From positions 160,001-224,000 of the forward strand of contig CAVVJT010000002.1 in NCBI GenBank assembly GCA_963748625.1: a stretch of DNA of 64,000 nt, written 5' to 3'. Below the pieces are notes generated by a model. It did not search any database, was not told the origin of the DNA, and worked only from the letters and a program-made list of their open reading frames with translations. The stretch is from an uncultured Chloroflexia bacterium (lineage in GTDB: Bacteria; Chloroflexota; Limnocylindria; Limnocylindrales; CSP1-4). The position numbers and the translations under genes are program-made. Below are positions 1 to 12,150 of the stretch, piece by piece; position 1 is the first letter of the stretch; every line of letters starts with the position of its first letter.

Positions 1-1074
1 GCCCGGCAGGAAGACGAGCATGACGGCGATCAGGCCTGCACCGACCAGGCCAGTCAGCTGGGACTTCGCGCCCGCCCGCTCAGCGACGGCGGTTCGCGAG
101 CCGCTGGTGCTGATCGGGAACCCGCCGAAGAGACCGGCCGCCACGTTGGCTGCGCCGATGCCGATCATCTCCTGGTCGGCGTTCACCTCCTGGCCCGTCC
201 GTGCGGCGAACGCGGACGAGGTGGAGATGGTGTCGGCGAGGGACACGACCGCGATGCCGACGGCGCCCGCGAAGAGCAGGGCGAGGTCCTCGACCGGAAC
301 CAGCGGGAGGACGAAGCGCGGCAGGCCCTCCGGCAGGACGCCGACCAGGCTCACGCCCTTGGCCGCGAGGTCCAGGCCCCACGCGAGGAGCATCGCGGTG
401 ATGACGCCCGCGAGCACCGCCGGCACCTTCGGCGCAATCCTGCCCAACACCAGCATCAGGACGAGGCTGAACAGGCCGATGGCCGCGGCCGCCGCGACCA
501 CCTCGCCCGCCTGGACGCCGGCGATGAAGGCCTGGGTCTCACCGATCAGGCCGTCGGCGTCGGTGGAGAAGCCGAACAGCTTGGGCAGCTGGCCGACGAG
601 GATGGTGATCGCGAGGCCGTTCATGTAGCCCATCTGGATCGGCTTCGAGAGGAGCTCCGCGATGAAGCCGAGCCCGGTCTTCGCGCCGATGAGCATGAGC
701 GCACCGACCATGACCGCCAGCATCGACGCGTAGAGCACGGCGGCGCTCGCATCGCCGTCGGCCGCCACGAGCGGGAGCACCGTGGCCGCGATCATCGAGC
801 CGAGCGCGGAATCCGGGCCGAGGACGAGGATCCGCGACGGGCCGAAGATCGCGTAGGCGATGAGGCACAGGATCGAGGTGTAGAGGCCGGTGATCGCGGG
901 CAGGCCCGCAAGCTCCGCGTAGGCCATGCCCTGGGGCACGAGCAGGCTGCCCAGCACGAGGCCGGCGACCAGGTCCTTGGGCAGCCAGGCACGCTGGTAG
1001 GTGCGGACTGCCGTGATGCCCGGGATCACCGATCCCGCCTTTGCGACCAGCCCCTGGGCCACAGGCTCCTCCAT
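1..1074 (-). CDS. SulP family anion permease (N-terminal part; runs off window start)
   Basis: Minus-strand open frame from ATG 1074: 'WLPKDLVAGLVLGSLLVPQGMAYAELAGLPAITGLYTS...IFGPSRILVLGPDS', the SulP signature; absent from the ORF track because it has no stop in the window. Confidence 0.92.
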   Translation of the reverse strand, partial: MEEPVAQGLVAKAGSVIPGITAVRTYQRAWLPKDLVAGLVLGSLLVPQGMAYAELAGLPAITGLYTSILCLIAYAIFGPSRILVLGPDSALGSMIAATVLPLVAADGDASAAVLYASMLAVMVGALMLIGAKTGLGFIAELLSKPIQMGYMNGLAITILVGQLPKLFGFSTDADGLIGETQAFIAGVQAGEVVAAAAAIGLFSLVLMLVLGRIAPKVPAVLAGVITAMLLAWGLDLAAKGVSLVGVLPEGLPRFVLPLVPVEDLALLFAGAVGIAVVSLADTISTSSAFAARTGQEVNADQEMIGIGAANVAAGLFGGFPISTSGSRTAVAERAGAKSQLTGLVGAGLIAVMLVFLPG

Positions 1075-1166
1075 GTGTGTTCGCTAGTGAAGGATGCCAC
1101 TGCAGCGCATGGCCGCGTCACCCGCCTGGGACGAGGGCGCGACCTGGCGGCCGGGTTCCGCCGGGA

Positions 1167-1201
1167 ATCGCAGAACCCGGCACGTGGCCGGGTTCTGCGA
1201 T
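1167..1201. terminator. Perfect 15-bp hairpin downstream of DUF4397 gene
   Basis: ATCGCAGAACCCGGC-ACGTG-GCCGGGTTCTGCGAT; a second hairpin lies at 1219-1244; no clear U-tract. Confidence 0.5.
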
Positions 1202-1256
1202 GGACCTGTTGGAGGGTGGGTCGCGCCGGAGGTCCGGCGCGACCGCGTGGCGAGGA

Positions 1257-1944
1257 CTAGAGCTCGACCCCTGCCTGGTTGATGACGATGAACCGGTAGT
1301 TGGCGGCGCTCGTGCCGACGGCGAGGATCTGGTAGGCGCGACCGTCATTGAGCTCGGCAACGCGCGGCCCGATCACCGGGGCGTAGGCCACCGTCAGCGG
1401 ACACCCACCAGGAGTAGACGCCTGGCCAGGCGACGGCAACCGGACCGGCGGAGCGCTGACGGGCGAGGTTCTCGATGGCCGGGGCGGCGCCGCCGTTGAG
1501 CCACACGTCGACCGTGGGGGCCTTGGCGGTGTGGCGGACGGTGATCGTCGCCTTGCTGGCGCTGGTGCCCGTGAGGTCGTTGACGAAGATCGAGAGCGCG
1601 GGCTTGCCGGCGACGTAGTTGGCGACCGCGGTCGCGTTGAGGCCGTCGGTCAGCGTGACCGACTGCTTGATCAGCACGGTGCCCTTGCACGTTGCGGCGT
1701 GATCGGCCGCCCTCACCCGGATGGTGTAGGTGCCGGCGGGCAGCTGGGCCTTGAACTGCTGGCCGTACTTGAAGTCGGTCTTGACGGCCGACCCGGCCAC
1801 GCACACGTCCACCTTCACGCCCGGGATCCCGTGGGCCACGTTCACGGTGGCTCCGGCCGGGGCGGCGGACGGCCGTACCTGCGAAGGCGGTCAGGGCAAG
1901 CGCGGTGGCGGCGAGCGGTGAGGCTCGAGTCTTCGGAGCTTCAT
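1257..1944 (-). CDS. Secreted DUF4397-domain protein (frameshifted)
   Basis: Signal peptide fragments, then 'VAHGIPGVKVDVCV...TVRHTAKAPTVDVW' in ORF 1345..1845 and C-terminus in ORF 1257..1439; at least 2-3 indels. Confidence 0.75.
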
Positions 1945-2085
1945 CAGGCAGCTCCTCTCGCAGTGCTGCCGGGCATCGTGCCCGTCTGGTCCCTTCTTCG
2001 GGGCCGGACGCTGGCCGGATTGGGGGGCGGTGCAGATTGTGCGCCGCGGACAGTGCGGCGCCTTGGGGCTGGCGCGCTCGAACCC

Positions 2086-3763
<1,678 letters not shown>

Positions 3764-3870
3764 GATGCGCAAGGGTACTGCCGCACGCGCCGCGGGACAC
3801 CCGCACGCACGTTGAAGCGCCCGGGCGGCGTGGGCCGTCCGGGCGCTTGCTGGCTTGATGCGATTGGCGG

Positions 3871-4852
3871 TCAGCCCGCGCTGGGCATCGCCTGGTAGGG
3901 GCTGCCGGCGTCCAGGACCGGCTCCACCGGCGCGACCGGCTGCTCGGGCTTCACCGCGTCCCAGCCCGCGAGGAGCATCGCCCCCAGCCCGAAGACCGTG
4001 GCGACTCCGGAGACCAGCGGCAGGATGGATGCGGCGGCGAGGACCACGACGCCCAGGACCGCGGCGCGGTACGGATGACGGACCTCGCGGGCCGCTCCGC
4101 CACGGGCCAGGAGCCAGTTGCCAACCCAGATCGCCGCCACGAGCCAGCCGATGAAGGCGAGCGCCGGGACGCCGACGAGCAGGAGGAACAGGCCGATCGG
4201 GGCGCCGATCACGGTGGAGGACCAGCAGGCCGCCGACGAGGGGCAGGGCGATCGTGCCGACGATCCCGGCGAGCAGCACCTGGCCCGGCTGGCGCGAGAT
4301 GCGCGTCTCGAGGTCGCGCACCTGCCGTGCACCGAACGCGGCCACGAGGAGGCCGGCCACGAGCGCTGCGAGCGCAAGCCCGACGGCGAACAGCAGGGCA
4401 AGCGGCACCAGGATCAGGGCGATGGCCGCGGCGGCCGCCTCCACCTCGGCCGTCTGGCCGGACGCGATGACGGTGCCGTCGCGTGCCACCGTGCCACCCA
4501 TGGTCGTGATCTCGCCCACGGTGGTCGTGCCAACCAGGTCGACGTGGCCGTCCACGACGAGCAGCTGGTCGACGGTCGCCCCGTCGAGGGTGGCGGTCCC
4601 GCCGATCACCATCAGCGCCTCGGTGGTCCCGGCCACCGTGGCCGTCCCGTCGATCACGATGGCCGCGCGGACGGAGGTGCCGGCGGGGATGTCGAGCGTG
4701 CCCCGGACGGCCAGCGCGACGTCGCCGGTGGAGGTGACCGCCGTGCCGGACGTGCCTGGGACGGTCCCGACAGGGTCGGCAGCGAACGCCGCGGGCACCA
4801 GGGCGAGGAGGAGGATCGCGACCGATGTCGCGGCGAGAAGGAGACGGCGCAC
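3871..4852 (-). CDS. Secreted/membrane protein with beta-helix (bactofilin-like) N-domain and multi-TM C-domain (frameshifted)
   Basis: GTG start 'VRRLLLAATSVAILLLALVPAAFA', repeated 'V(I/V)xGxA' strands, 5-6 TM helices; frame switch near 4220. Confidence 0.65.
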
Positions 4853-5043
4853 GGGAGTGTCCTTTCGTGGGCTGGCGGTACTGAGCCGTATCGCTCTGTG
4901 TGTCTCCACGCTAGGCCGCGCACCGCTCGTCTCCCAGCCGGGTGGCTGGCATTTTGGTGGTGGGGCTAGCACCAGTACCCCCGACCCCCGCCCGGTGGCA
5001 GGGGGCGTACGCTCACCCCGAGACCCGCCACCGGAGGACCGCC

Positions 5044-5503
5044 ATGCCCGTCCACCCCGACGACCAGCGCTTCCTCGAGGTCGCCATCGAGCAGGCCCGC
5101 ATCGGGCGCGACGAGGGCGGGGTTCCCATCGGCGCCGCGCTCGTCGCCGACGGTCGCGTCCTGGGGGCCGGCCGCAATCGCCGCGTCCAGCAGGGGAGCG
5201 CCATCCGCCACGGCGAGACCGATGCGCTCGAGGTGGCCGGGCGCCTGCCAGCCTCCGTGTACCGGCGCGCGACCATGTACACGACGCTCTCGCCGTGCGA
5301 TATGTGCACGGGCGCGATCCTGCTTTACGGCATCCCGACGGGTGGTGATCGGCGAGAACCGCACCTTCATGGGCGGCGAGGACTACCTGCGCTCGCGCGG
5401 CGTGGAGGTGGTGAACCTCGAGGCACAGCGGTGCGTGGACCTCATGGACACCTTCATCGAGGCGCATCCCGACGTGTGGAACGAGGACATCGGCGAGGAG
5501 TAG
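5044..5503 (+). CDS. Cytosine deaminase (CDA fold, fungal FCY1-like; frameshifted near 5340)
   Basis: 'GGVPIGA..RHGETDAL..YTTLSPCDMCTGAIL..VVIGENRTF..WNEDIGE' with HxE and PCxxC Zn motifs. Confidence 0.9.
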
Positions 5504-5692
5504 GCCGCCCCGGCGCTCGAGAACGTTGCACGGGGGCTTGTGCCAGCCCCTAGACTGGCGCGCATTCGGGGGGTGCGTCCTACGGGAGGGTTGACCAGCG
5601 ACCGATCCCCTGAAGCCCAAGACCACGACGTGGATGGAACCTGCCCTGTCCGGCTGGGAGGCCGAACGGGGCCGAACGGAGGGATTGATCTC

Positions 5693-6121
5693 ATGCAGCG
5701 CCCGACTGGCGTCACCATTCTTGCAATCCTCGCCCTGATCGGCGGGGTCTTCGGCATCATCGCGGGCCTCGGCGCCATCGCCGGCGGCGCCCTGTTCGGC
5801 GGCATCGCGGCCGGCGCGGGTGCCGATGCGTCCACCGCCGCCGGCATCGGCGGCTTCTTCTTCATCATCGGCATCCTCACCCTGATCGGCGCCGTGCTCG
5901 AACTGGCGTTCTTCTTCGGTGCCTGGACGGCCAAGGCCTGGGGCTGGATCCTCGGCACGATCGCCGCCCTCTGGTCGATCGCCGTGGGCGTCATCGGCGC
6001 CCTGCTGAGCGGCGACATCGTCTCGGGCCTGATGGGCAACATCATCAGCTTCGCCATCGCCGGCGTGATCCTCTACTACCTGAACACCCCGGCGGTGAAG
6101 CAGTACTTCGGCCGGGCGTAA
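5693..6121 (+). CDS. 4-TM membrane protein ('RPTGVTILAIL' family)
   Basis: RBS GGAGG upstream; hydrophobic helices; C-terminal 'YYLNTPAVKQYF'. Confidence 0.8.
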   Translation: MQRPTGVTILAILALIGGVFGIIAGLGAIAGGALFGGIAAGAGADASTAAGIGGFFFIIGILTLIGAVLELAFFFGAWTAKAWGWILGTIAALWSIAVGVIGALLSGDIVSGLMGNIISFAIAGVILYYLNTPAVKQYFGRA

Positions 6122-6164
6122 CCCCCGAGCGGGCGTGCCCTCGCCCGCGAACCGCAGCCTGATC

Positions 6165-6195
6165 GAACGCGGCCCGGAGCCCCCGGGCCGCGTTC
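6165..6195 (+). terminator. Terminator-like hairpin
   Basis: GAACGCGGCCCGG-AGCCC-CCGGGCCGCGTTC, 13-bp stem after the stop codon. Confidence 0.55.
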
Positions 6196-6294
6196 TCGTC
6201 CCAGCAGGGTGATGCTGCCGACCCCTGTGCGGTCAACGCTCCTGCGGTACTGTCGGGGCGGGTGCCCGGGGCGTTCTCCCGGGCTGGGTGAGGA

Positions 6295-8426
6295 GTGAGG
6301 ATGTCGCGGCTGCTTAACCTGTACCGGACGCAGTTCCGGATCATGCGCGAGTGGCGCGGCGGCAAGTGGTCGCTGGTCAAGCGTCTGATCATCGTCACGC
6401 TCGTCGCGGCGATCTCCTTCTTCCTGACGTCCTGGATCCTGCCCGGGATCACCCCGGCGACGCTCTGGATCTCCGTCCAGGTCATCGTCGTGATGGCGGT
6501 GTTCAACGCGCTCATCCGGCCCGCGGTCCTGGGGTTCATCGCGCCACGTTCGCTGGTATGGACCGGCGTGTCGGTCCTCCTGCTCCAGATCCTGACCTTC
6601 TCGGTCGCCATCCGGATCGTGCCGGGCATCGACACGCAGGGCATCCTCACCCCGCTGATCGGCTCGTTCGTCTACGCGATTCTCAACACCATCCTCACCT
6701 CGATCTTCGCGATCGACTCCGGGGACTCCTTCTACGGGCTCCTCGTCCAGCAGTTGATGATCAAGCGGGCCGCGCCCACGTCGGACAAGCCCGGCCTCGT
6801 GATCATCCAGATCGACGGTCTCGCCCACCCCATCCTCGCGAGCCGCGTGCGTGCCGGGCTCCGTGAACAACATGGCGCGCTGGGTACGCAGCGGCACGCA
6901 CAGGCTCGAGCAGTGGGAGGCGATCCTCCCGTCGATGACGTCCGCCAGCCAGGCCGGCATCCTCCACGGCAACAACGACGGGATCCCCGCGTTCCGGTGG
7001 TACGAGCGGGACCGCCAGCACCTGATGGTGTCCAGCAGCCCGGACGATGCGGCGCTGATCGTCAAGCGCGTGTCCAACGGCGAGGGCCTGCTCTCGAACA
7101 ACGGCGCCAGCATCTGCAACCTGATGACCGGTGATGCGACGCGGGCCTACCTCACCACCGCGGCGATCAAGGACCAGTCGCAGGGCATCGGCGACAGCAA
7201 GGCCTTCATCGGCTTCTTCTTCAGCCCCACCGGCTACCTGCGCTCGTTCACCCTGTTCCTCGGCGAGTTCATCAAGGAGCTCATCCAGGCCCGTCGGACC
7301 CGGCGCGCAGGGATCCAGCCCCAGCAGCACCGCGGCATGAAGTACGCCGGCATGCGCGCCGCATCGAACGTCCTCCTGCGCGACGTCAACACCTCGTTGA
7401 TCATCGAGGAGATGTACCGCGGCACGAATGTCATCTACGCGGACTTCACCGACTACGACGAGCTCGCCCACCACTGCGGCCCCGAGCGCGTCGAGTCCTT
7501 CGAGGCGCTCGACGGCATCGACAAGGCGCTCGGCGTGCTCGAGCACGCCGCCAAGGACGCGCCGCGCCCGTACAAGTTCGTGATCCTCTCGGACCACGGC
7601 CAGAGCCTCGGCGCCACGTTCAAGCAGCGCTACGGCCAGAGCCTGGGTGAGGTCGTCCGCGACCTGATGTCGGGCAGGGCGACCATCTTCCAGACCAAGA
7701 CCCAGGCGGAGGGGTCGACCTTCGTCAACTCCTTCCTCTCCGAGGTCACCCAGAGCAAGGGCATCGGCCCGTCCGTGGCGCGCGTCGCGCTGGGCAGCCG
7801 GACCACGGACGGCGTCGTCGACCTGGACAAGGAGGACGTGCCCCCGCCGGCCGACGAGTCCGCGATCGCGGTCGTCGGATCCGGCAACCTGGGCCTCGTC
7901 TGGTTCACCGGCAACGACCACCGGCTCACGCTCGAGGAGCTCGAGGCCAAGCACCCGGGCATGGTCGCGGCGCTCGCGCAGCACCCGGGCGTGGCGATGC
8001 TCATGGTCCGCACCGAGAGCGCGCGGCGCCGTCGTCCTCGGTCATGACGGCCTGCGCTACCTCGACGAGGACGTCGTGGAGGGCGTGGACCCCACGGAGA
8101 TCTTCGGCCCGCACACCGTCATGAGCCTCAAGCGCGAGGACGCGATGGAGCACGCGCCCGACCTGCTGTTCATCAGCCAGTACGAGCCCGGCCTCGGCGA
8201 TGTGGCCGCGTTCGAGGAGCTGATCGGGTCGCACGGCGGCCTCGGCGGCTTCCAGACGCAGCCGTTCATCCTCCACCCGGCCGAGTGGGAGCTGGACGAG
8301 GAGGTTCCGCTGGGCGCGCCCGCGGTGTACCGCAACCTGCGGCGCTGGCTCTCGGGCATGGGCATCGAGCTGGGCAAGCAGCCGGCCAGCGGGAGCGGAG
8401 CGGCGCCGGCGGGAGAGCAGGGCTAG
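6295..8426 (+). CDS. 4-TM phage-holin-family domain fused to alkaline phosphatase/phosphodiesterase domain (2 frameshifts)
   Basis: TM N-domain 'VFNALIRP', then 'IIQIDGL', 'PSMTSASQAGILHG', 'DYDELAHH', 'ILSDHGQS', 'FEELIGSHGGLGG' across ORFs 6295, 6851 and 8076. Confidence 0.85.
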
Positions 8427-8446
8427 GCCCGGGGCCGACGGGCGGC

Positions 8447-10198
8447 ATGCGCAGGCCCGCCGGACGTCCCCGGCCCACCACCGCAGCCCGGCCCGGCCGC
8501 GCTTTCAGACCACAGGACCACAAGGTCACCCGGAACGCCCGCAAGGGTGGCGGGCGCCCGCTCGATGCGGTCGTCCTGCCCGAGCGCCGCATTCCCCGCC
8601 GGGTCACGGCGCACCTGGGGCCCGCCAACAGCGGCAAGACCTACGCAGGGCTCGAGGCGCTGGTCGCCGCCGGCTCGGGCGCGTACGCGGCGCCGCTTCG
8701 GATGCTCGCCAACGAGGCCTACGTCCGTCTCGCAGAGCGTCTCGGCTCCGAGCGCGTCGGCCTTGTCACCGGCGAGGAGCGGATCAACGAGCGGGCACCC
8801 GTCGTCGCCTGCACCGTGGAGATGCTCTCGCCCGCACGGCGGGGCGTCATCGTCCTGGACGAGGTCCACTGGGCCGCCGATCCGGAGCGCGGCTCGGCCT
8901 GGACGCGGGTGCTGTGGAGCTCGGGCGCGGACGAGCTCTACGCTGCCGGCTCCCCCGACGTGGAGCCGATGCTGCGGGCCGCGTACGGCGAACAGCTCGA
9001 GGTGGTCTGGACGGAGCGCCTCACTGGGCCGCTTGCGCTGGTGGGCGGCGTGGACATCGGCCGGCTGGAGTCCGCCACGGTGGTGGTGGCGTTCTCGCGT
9101 GCCGCGGTGATCGCACTCGCGGCGCGGATCCATGCCGTGCGCGGTGGCAGCGTGGGCGTGCTCTACGGCGCGATGCCGGTCGCGGCCCGCCGGGACCAGG
9201 TGGACGGGTTCACGACCGGCCGGACCGAGGTGCTGGTCGCGACGGACGTGCTGGGCCACGGCGTGAACCTGCCCTGCCGCACGGTGCTGTTCGCCGAGAC
9301 CACCAAGTTCGACGGTGTCGAGCGGCGCGACCTCCACGGCTGGGAGGTGGCCCAGATCGCGGGCCGGGCAGGGCGGTTCGGGTTGCACGAGGAGGGCCTG
9401 GTCGGCTGGCTGACGGGGCTCTCGTGGCTGCGCCCGGACGGCCGGGTGGTCGCGAGGGGCCTGGAGCCGCAGGCGGGCGTCGGGCCGGGCGGGGAGATCC
9501 CCGCCTACCGGCGCCTCTCGCGGGCCCAGCTGGGTCCCGCCCGCGCCGACCTTGGCTCGCTGCCGCCGCATCGCTGGCCCGATGCGCTGGAGGCCTGGTC
9601 GCGGGCAGCCCATGCCGCCACGCGCGACGCCGGCTGGTTGCGCACGGCGCCGGTCGCGCCGATCCGGGACCGCCTGCTGGCCGTCGGCCTGGCGCGCCTG
9701 CGCCGCCTCCCGCCCGACGACGCGTGGTCGATCGCCCTGGCGCCGGTCGATGCAGGCGACCAGGGCCCGCTCCTGGTGCGCCTCGCGGAGGCGCTGGTCA
9801 CCCGGCACTCGCTCGCGGACCTCGTGGACCTGCGCGACGTGGCGGGCGCCGCGATCGGGGAGGCCGAGGCGCTCTCGGCACGGGCCGCGATCCTGCGCTG
9901 GTTCACCCGCCGCCACCCGGGCGTCGGCGGCATCTCCGCCGCGCAGGCAGATGCGCTCGAGGCTGCCGCATCGGCCAGGGTGATCGAGCTGGTGCCGCTG
10001 ACGATCGAGGGGGCAGGCGCCGGGCGCTGCGAGGTCTGCGGGCGCGAGGCGGCCCCATGGTTCTCGCGGTGCGACGCCTGCCAGGCGCAGGCGGGCGCCA
10101 GGCCCCCGGCCGCCAGCCCCGCGGCCGCATCGGGGGCCCGGCCGCCCAAGCCCCCGCCCAACCGCGCGGAGCGACGCCGCCGCGCCCGACGCGGCTGA
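8447..10198 (+). CDS. Suv3-like SF2 helicase with C-terminal zinc ribbon
   Basis: 'GPANSGKT', 'APLRMLA', 'DEVH', 'YGAMP', 'ATDVLGHGVNLP', 'QIAGRAGR'; C-terminal CxxC..CxxC. Confidence 0.88.
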   Translation: MRRPAGRPRPTTAARPGRAFRPQDHKVTRNARKGGGRPLDAVVLPERRIPRRVTAHLGPANSGKTYAGLEALVAAGSGAYAAPLRMLANEAYVRLAERLGSERVGLVTGEERINERAPVVACTVEMLSPARRGVIVLDEVHWAADPERGSAWTRVLWSSGADELYAAGSPDVEPMLRAAYGEQLEVVWTERLTGPLALVGGVDIGRLESATVVVAFSRAAVIALAARIHAVRGGSVGVLYGAMPVAARRDQVDGFTTGRTEVLVATDVLGHGVNLPCRTVLFAETTKFDGVERRDLHGWEVAQIAGRAGRFGLHEEGLVGWLTGLSWLRPDGRVVARGLEPQAGVGPGGEIPAYRRLSRAQLGPARADLGSLPPHRWPDALEAWSRAAHAATRDAGWLRTAPVAPIRDRLLAVGLARLRRLPPDDAWSIALAPVDAGDQGPLLVRLAEALVTRHSLADLVDLRDVAGAAIGEAEALSARAAILRWFTRRHPGVGGISAAQADALEAAASARVIELVPLTIEGAGAGRCEVCGREAAPWFSRCDACQAQAGARPPAASPAAASGARPPKPPPNRAERRRRARRG

Positions 10199-10332
10199 CC
10201 GGCGCGGCTGACGGTTCGCGCACGTCCGCGGCCGCGACGTGCCGCGGCCATGGCTGGGGGCCATTCCGCCCTTGCCAGTCGGGTCTTGTGGATGCCTGCA
10301 GCATCTGCCAGCGTCTGCGGAGGAGGTGCGAC

Positions 10333-11133
10333 ATGCGCGCAGCGGGCAAGGTGATTGTCGTCACGGGTGCAGGCAGCGGCATGGGGCGCGAGGTCGTCCT
10401 GGAGCTGCTGCGGCGAGGGGCGAAGGTCGCGGGCGTGGACATCAACGAGGCGACCCTCGCCGAGACCGTCACCCTGTCAGGAGCGGGTCCGGACCGGATC
10501 GCGACGTTCGCGCTGTCCGTGGCCGACCGGGCCGCCGTCGAGGCCCTGCCCGAGGCCGTGGCCGGGAGGCTCGGTGCAGTGGACGGCCTCATCAACTGCG
10601 CCGGGATCATCCAGCCGTTCGTGCGGCTCAAGGACCTCGATTACGCCGCCATCGACCGCGTCTTCGACGTGAACTGGCGCGGCACGCTCTACATGACCAA
10701 GACGTTCCTGCCCGGCCTCCTCGCGCGGCCCGAGGGCCATGTGGTCAACGTCTCGAGCATGGGTGGCTTCCTGCCCGTACCCGGCCAGACCATCTACGGC
10801 GCGTCGAAGGCCGCCGTGAAGCTCATGACCGAGGGCCTCAACAGCGAGTGCAAGGGCACCGGTGTCCGGGTGACGGTCGTGTTCCCCGGTGGCGTGGCCA
10901 CGAACATCACCACCAACTCGGGCGTGGCGATGCCCAACATGCCGGCCGGCGGCAAGATGCCCAAGACCACCACGGCGCCCGATGCGGCGCGGATGATCCT
11001 CGACGGGATGGAGCGGGACGCATTCCGGGTGCTCGTGGGCGGCGACGCGAAGATGATGGACCGCTTCTACCGGCTCAGCCCCAAGCGCGCCGCCGGTCTC
11101 ATCGCCGACAAGATGAAGGCGCTCCTGGGCTAG
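10333..11133 (+). CDS. Short-chain dehydrogenase/reductase
   Basis: 'TGAGSGMG', 'NCAG', 'YGASK'; RBS GGAGG. Confidence 0.92.
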   Translation: MRAAGKVIVVTGAGSGMGREVVLELLRRGAKVAGVDINEATLAETVTLSGAGPDRIATFALSVADRAAVEALPEAVAGRLGAVDGLINCAGIIQPFVRLKDLDYAAIDRVFDVNWRGTLYMTKTFLPGLLARPEGHVVNVSSMGGFLPVPGQTIYGASKAAVKLMTEGLNSECKGTGVRVTVVFPGGVATNITTNSGVAMPNMPAGGKMPKTTTAPDAARMILDGMERDAFRVLVGGDAKMMDRFYRLSPKRAAGLIADKMKALLG

Positions 11134-11316
11134 CCGGCCGATCCCGGGCTGGGTTCTGGGTCCATCGCCCAACCATGGGGCGAAACGGTCCGTGGCCCAC
11201 GGGGCTCGACCCACGCATCGACCGTCGGGGCCTCCAGCCCAGCGTGGAGCTCCTCGATTCCCCCAGACGTGGGGCGTCGCCGGCTGCAACCTGATCATCG
11301 GGTCGACCAGGCGCGG

Positions 11317-12000
11317 TCAGGCCGGCTTGAGGCCCAACGCTCCGCGCAGCTCCGAAGGCAGCGCGGAGAAGTCAGCGACGGTGGCCATGGCGCCTGCCTC
11401 GAGCAGCGCCTCTGCTGACTGCGAGGACGTGATGCCCAGGACCGTCGCCCCGGACGCAACGCCCGCGCGCACCCCGTTCACCGCATCCTCCACGACCAGG
11501 CAGCGCGCGGGCTCCACGCCGAGTGCCGCCGCCGCCACGAGGAACGTCTCCGGGTCCGGCTTCTTGCGGGTCACCTGCTCCGCCGACACCACCGCATCGA
11601 AGGCCGACTCCGGGATGCCGATCGCCGCCAGGTTGCCATCGAGCTTCGGTCGTGACGAGCCCGTCGCTAGGGCGATCCGCACCCCTGCCCCACGCAGGGC
11701 GGCGAGGAACGCGGCCCCGCCCGGAACCGGCTGGAGCGCGCCCGCGATCAGCTCCAGGTAGACCTCGTACATCAGCGGCTTGTCGACTGCGAGATCCACC
11801 GCGATCCCGTGGGCCTCGGCGGCCCCGGCCAGGAACCGGTCGTCGCCGGCCCCCACGAACGGCGCGAAGTCCGCGTCCGTGACCGGTATGCCGTAGCGGC
11901 GGCGGAGCGCCTCGGCGGCGGCTGCCGCGATGAACGGCTCCGAATCGCACAGGACGCCATCGAGGTCGAAGAGGACGGCGTCGAAGCGGCGGTCGATCAC
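11317..12000 (-). CDS. HAD family phosphatase (beta-phosphoglucomutase-like)
   Basis: 'FDLDGVLCDSE', 'KKPDPE', 'VVEDAVNG'. Confidence 0.9.
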   Translation of the reverse strand: MIDRRFDAVLFDLDGVLCDSEPFIAAAAAEALRRRYGIPVTDADFAPFVGAGDDRFLAGAAEAHGIAVDLAVDKPLMYEVYLELIAGALQPVPGGAAFLAALRGAGVRIALATGSSRPKLDGNLAAIGIPESAFDAVVSAEQVTRKKPDPETFLVAAAALGVEPARCLVVEDAVNGVRAGVASGATVLGITSSQSAEALLEAGAMATVADFSALPSELRGALGLKPA

Positions 12001-12057
12001 GGGCCGACCCTAGCACGCACACCCGCTCGGTCGTTCCTGCTCCGTGCGCGAATCCCC

Positions 12058-12119
12058 TTGACATCGACGAACCGACGGAGCATCGTACGCACCGTTCCGC
12101 AACTGATCGAAGTTTCGAT
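12058..12119 (+). promoter_or_regulatory. Sigma70 promoter plus palindromic operator of the sugar operon
   Basis: TTGACA (12058) -17 bp- CATCGT; ATCGAA-gt-TTCGAT at 12106-12119 in the leader. Confidence 0.6.
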
Positions 12120-12150
12120 TAGTACCGACTTGCTTCTATTCCGGAGCGAA

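Noticed and set aside
4925-5040. Hairpin-rich leader of cytosine deaminase
   Set aside because: No match to a riboswitch or PyrR consensus that I recognise; short GC stems are expected by chance
6295-6760. Prophage implied by holin domain
   Set aside because: No integrase, structural or lysin genes in the window
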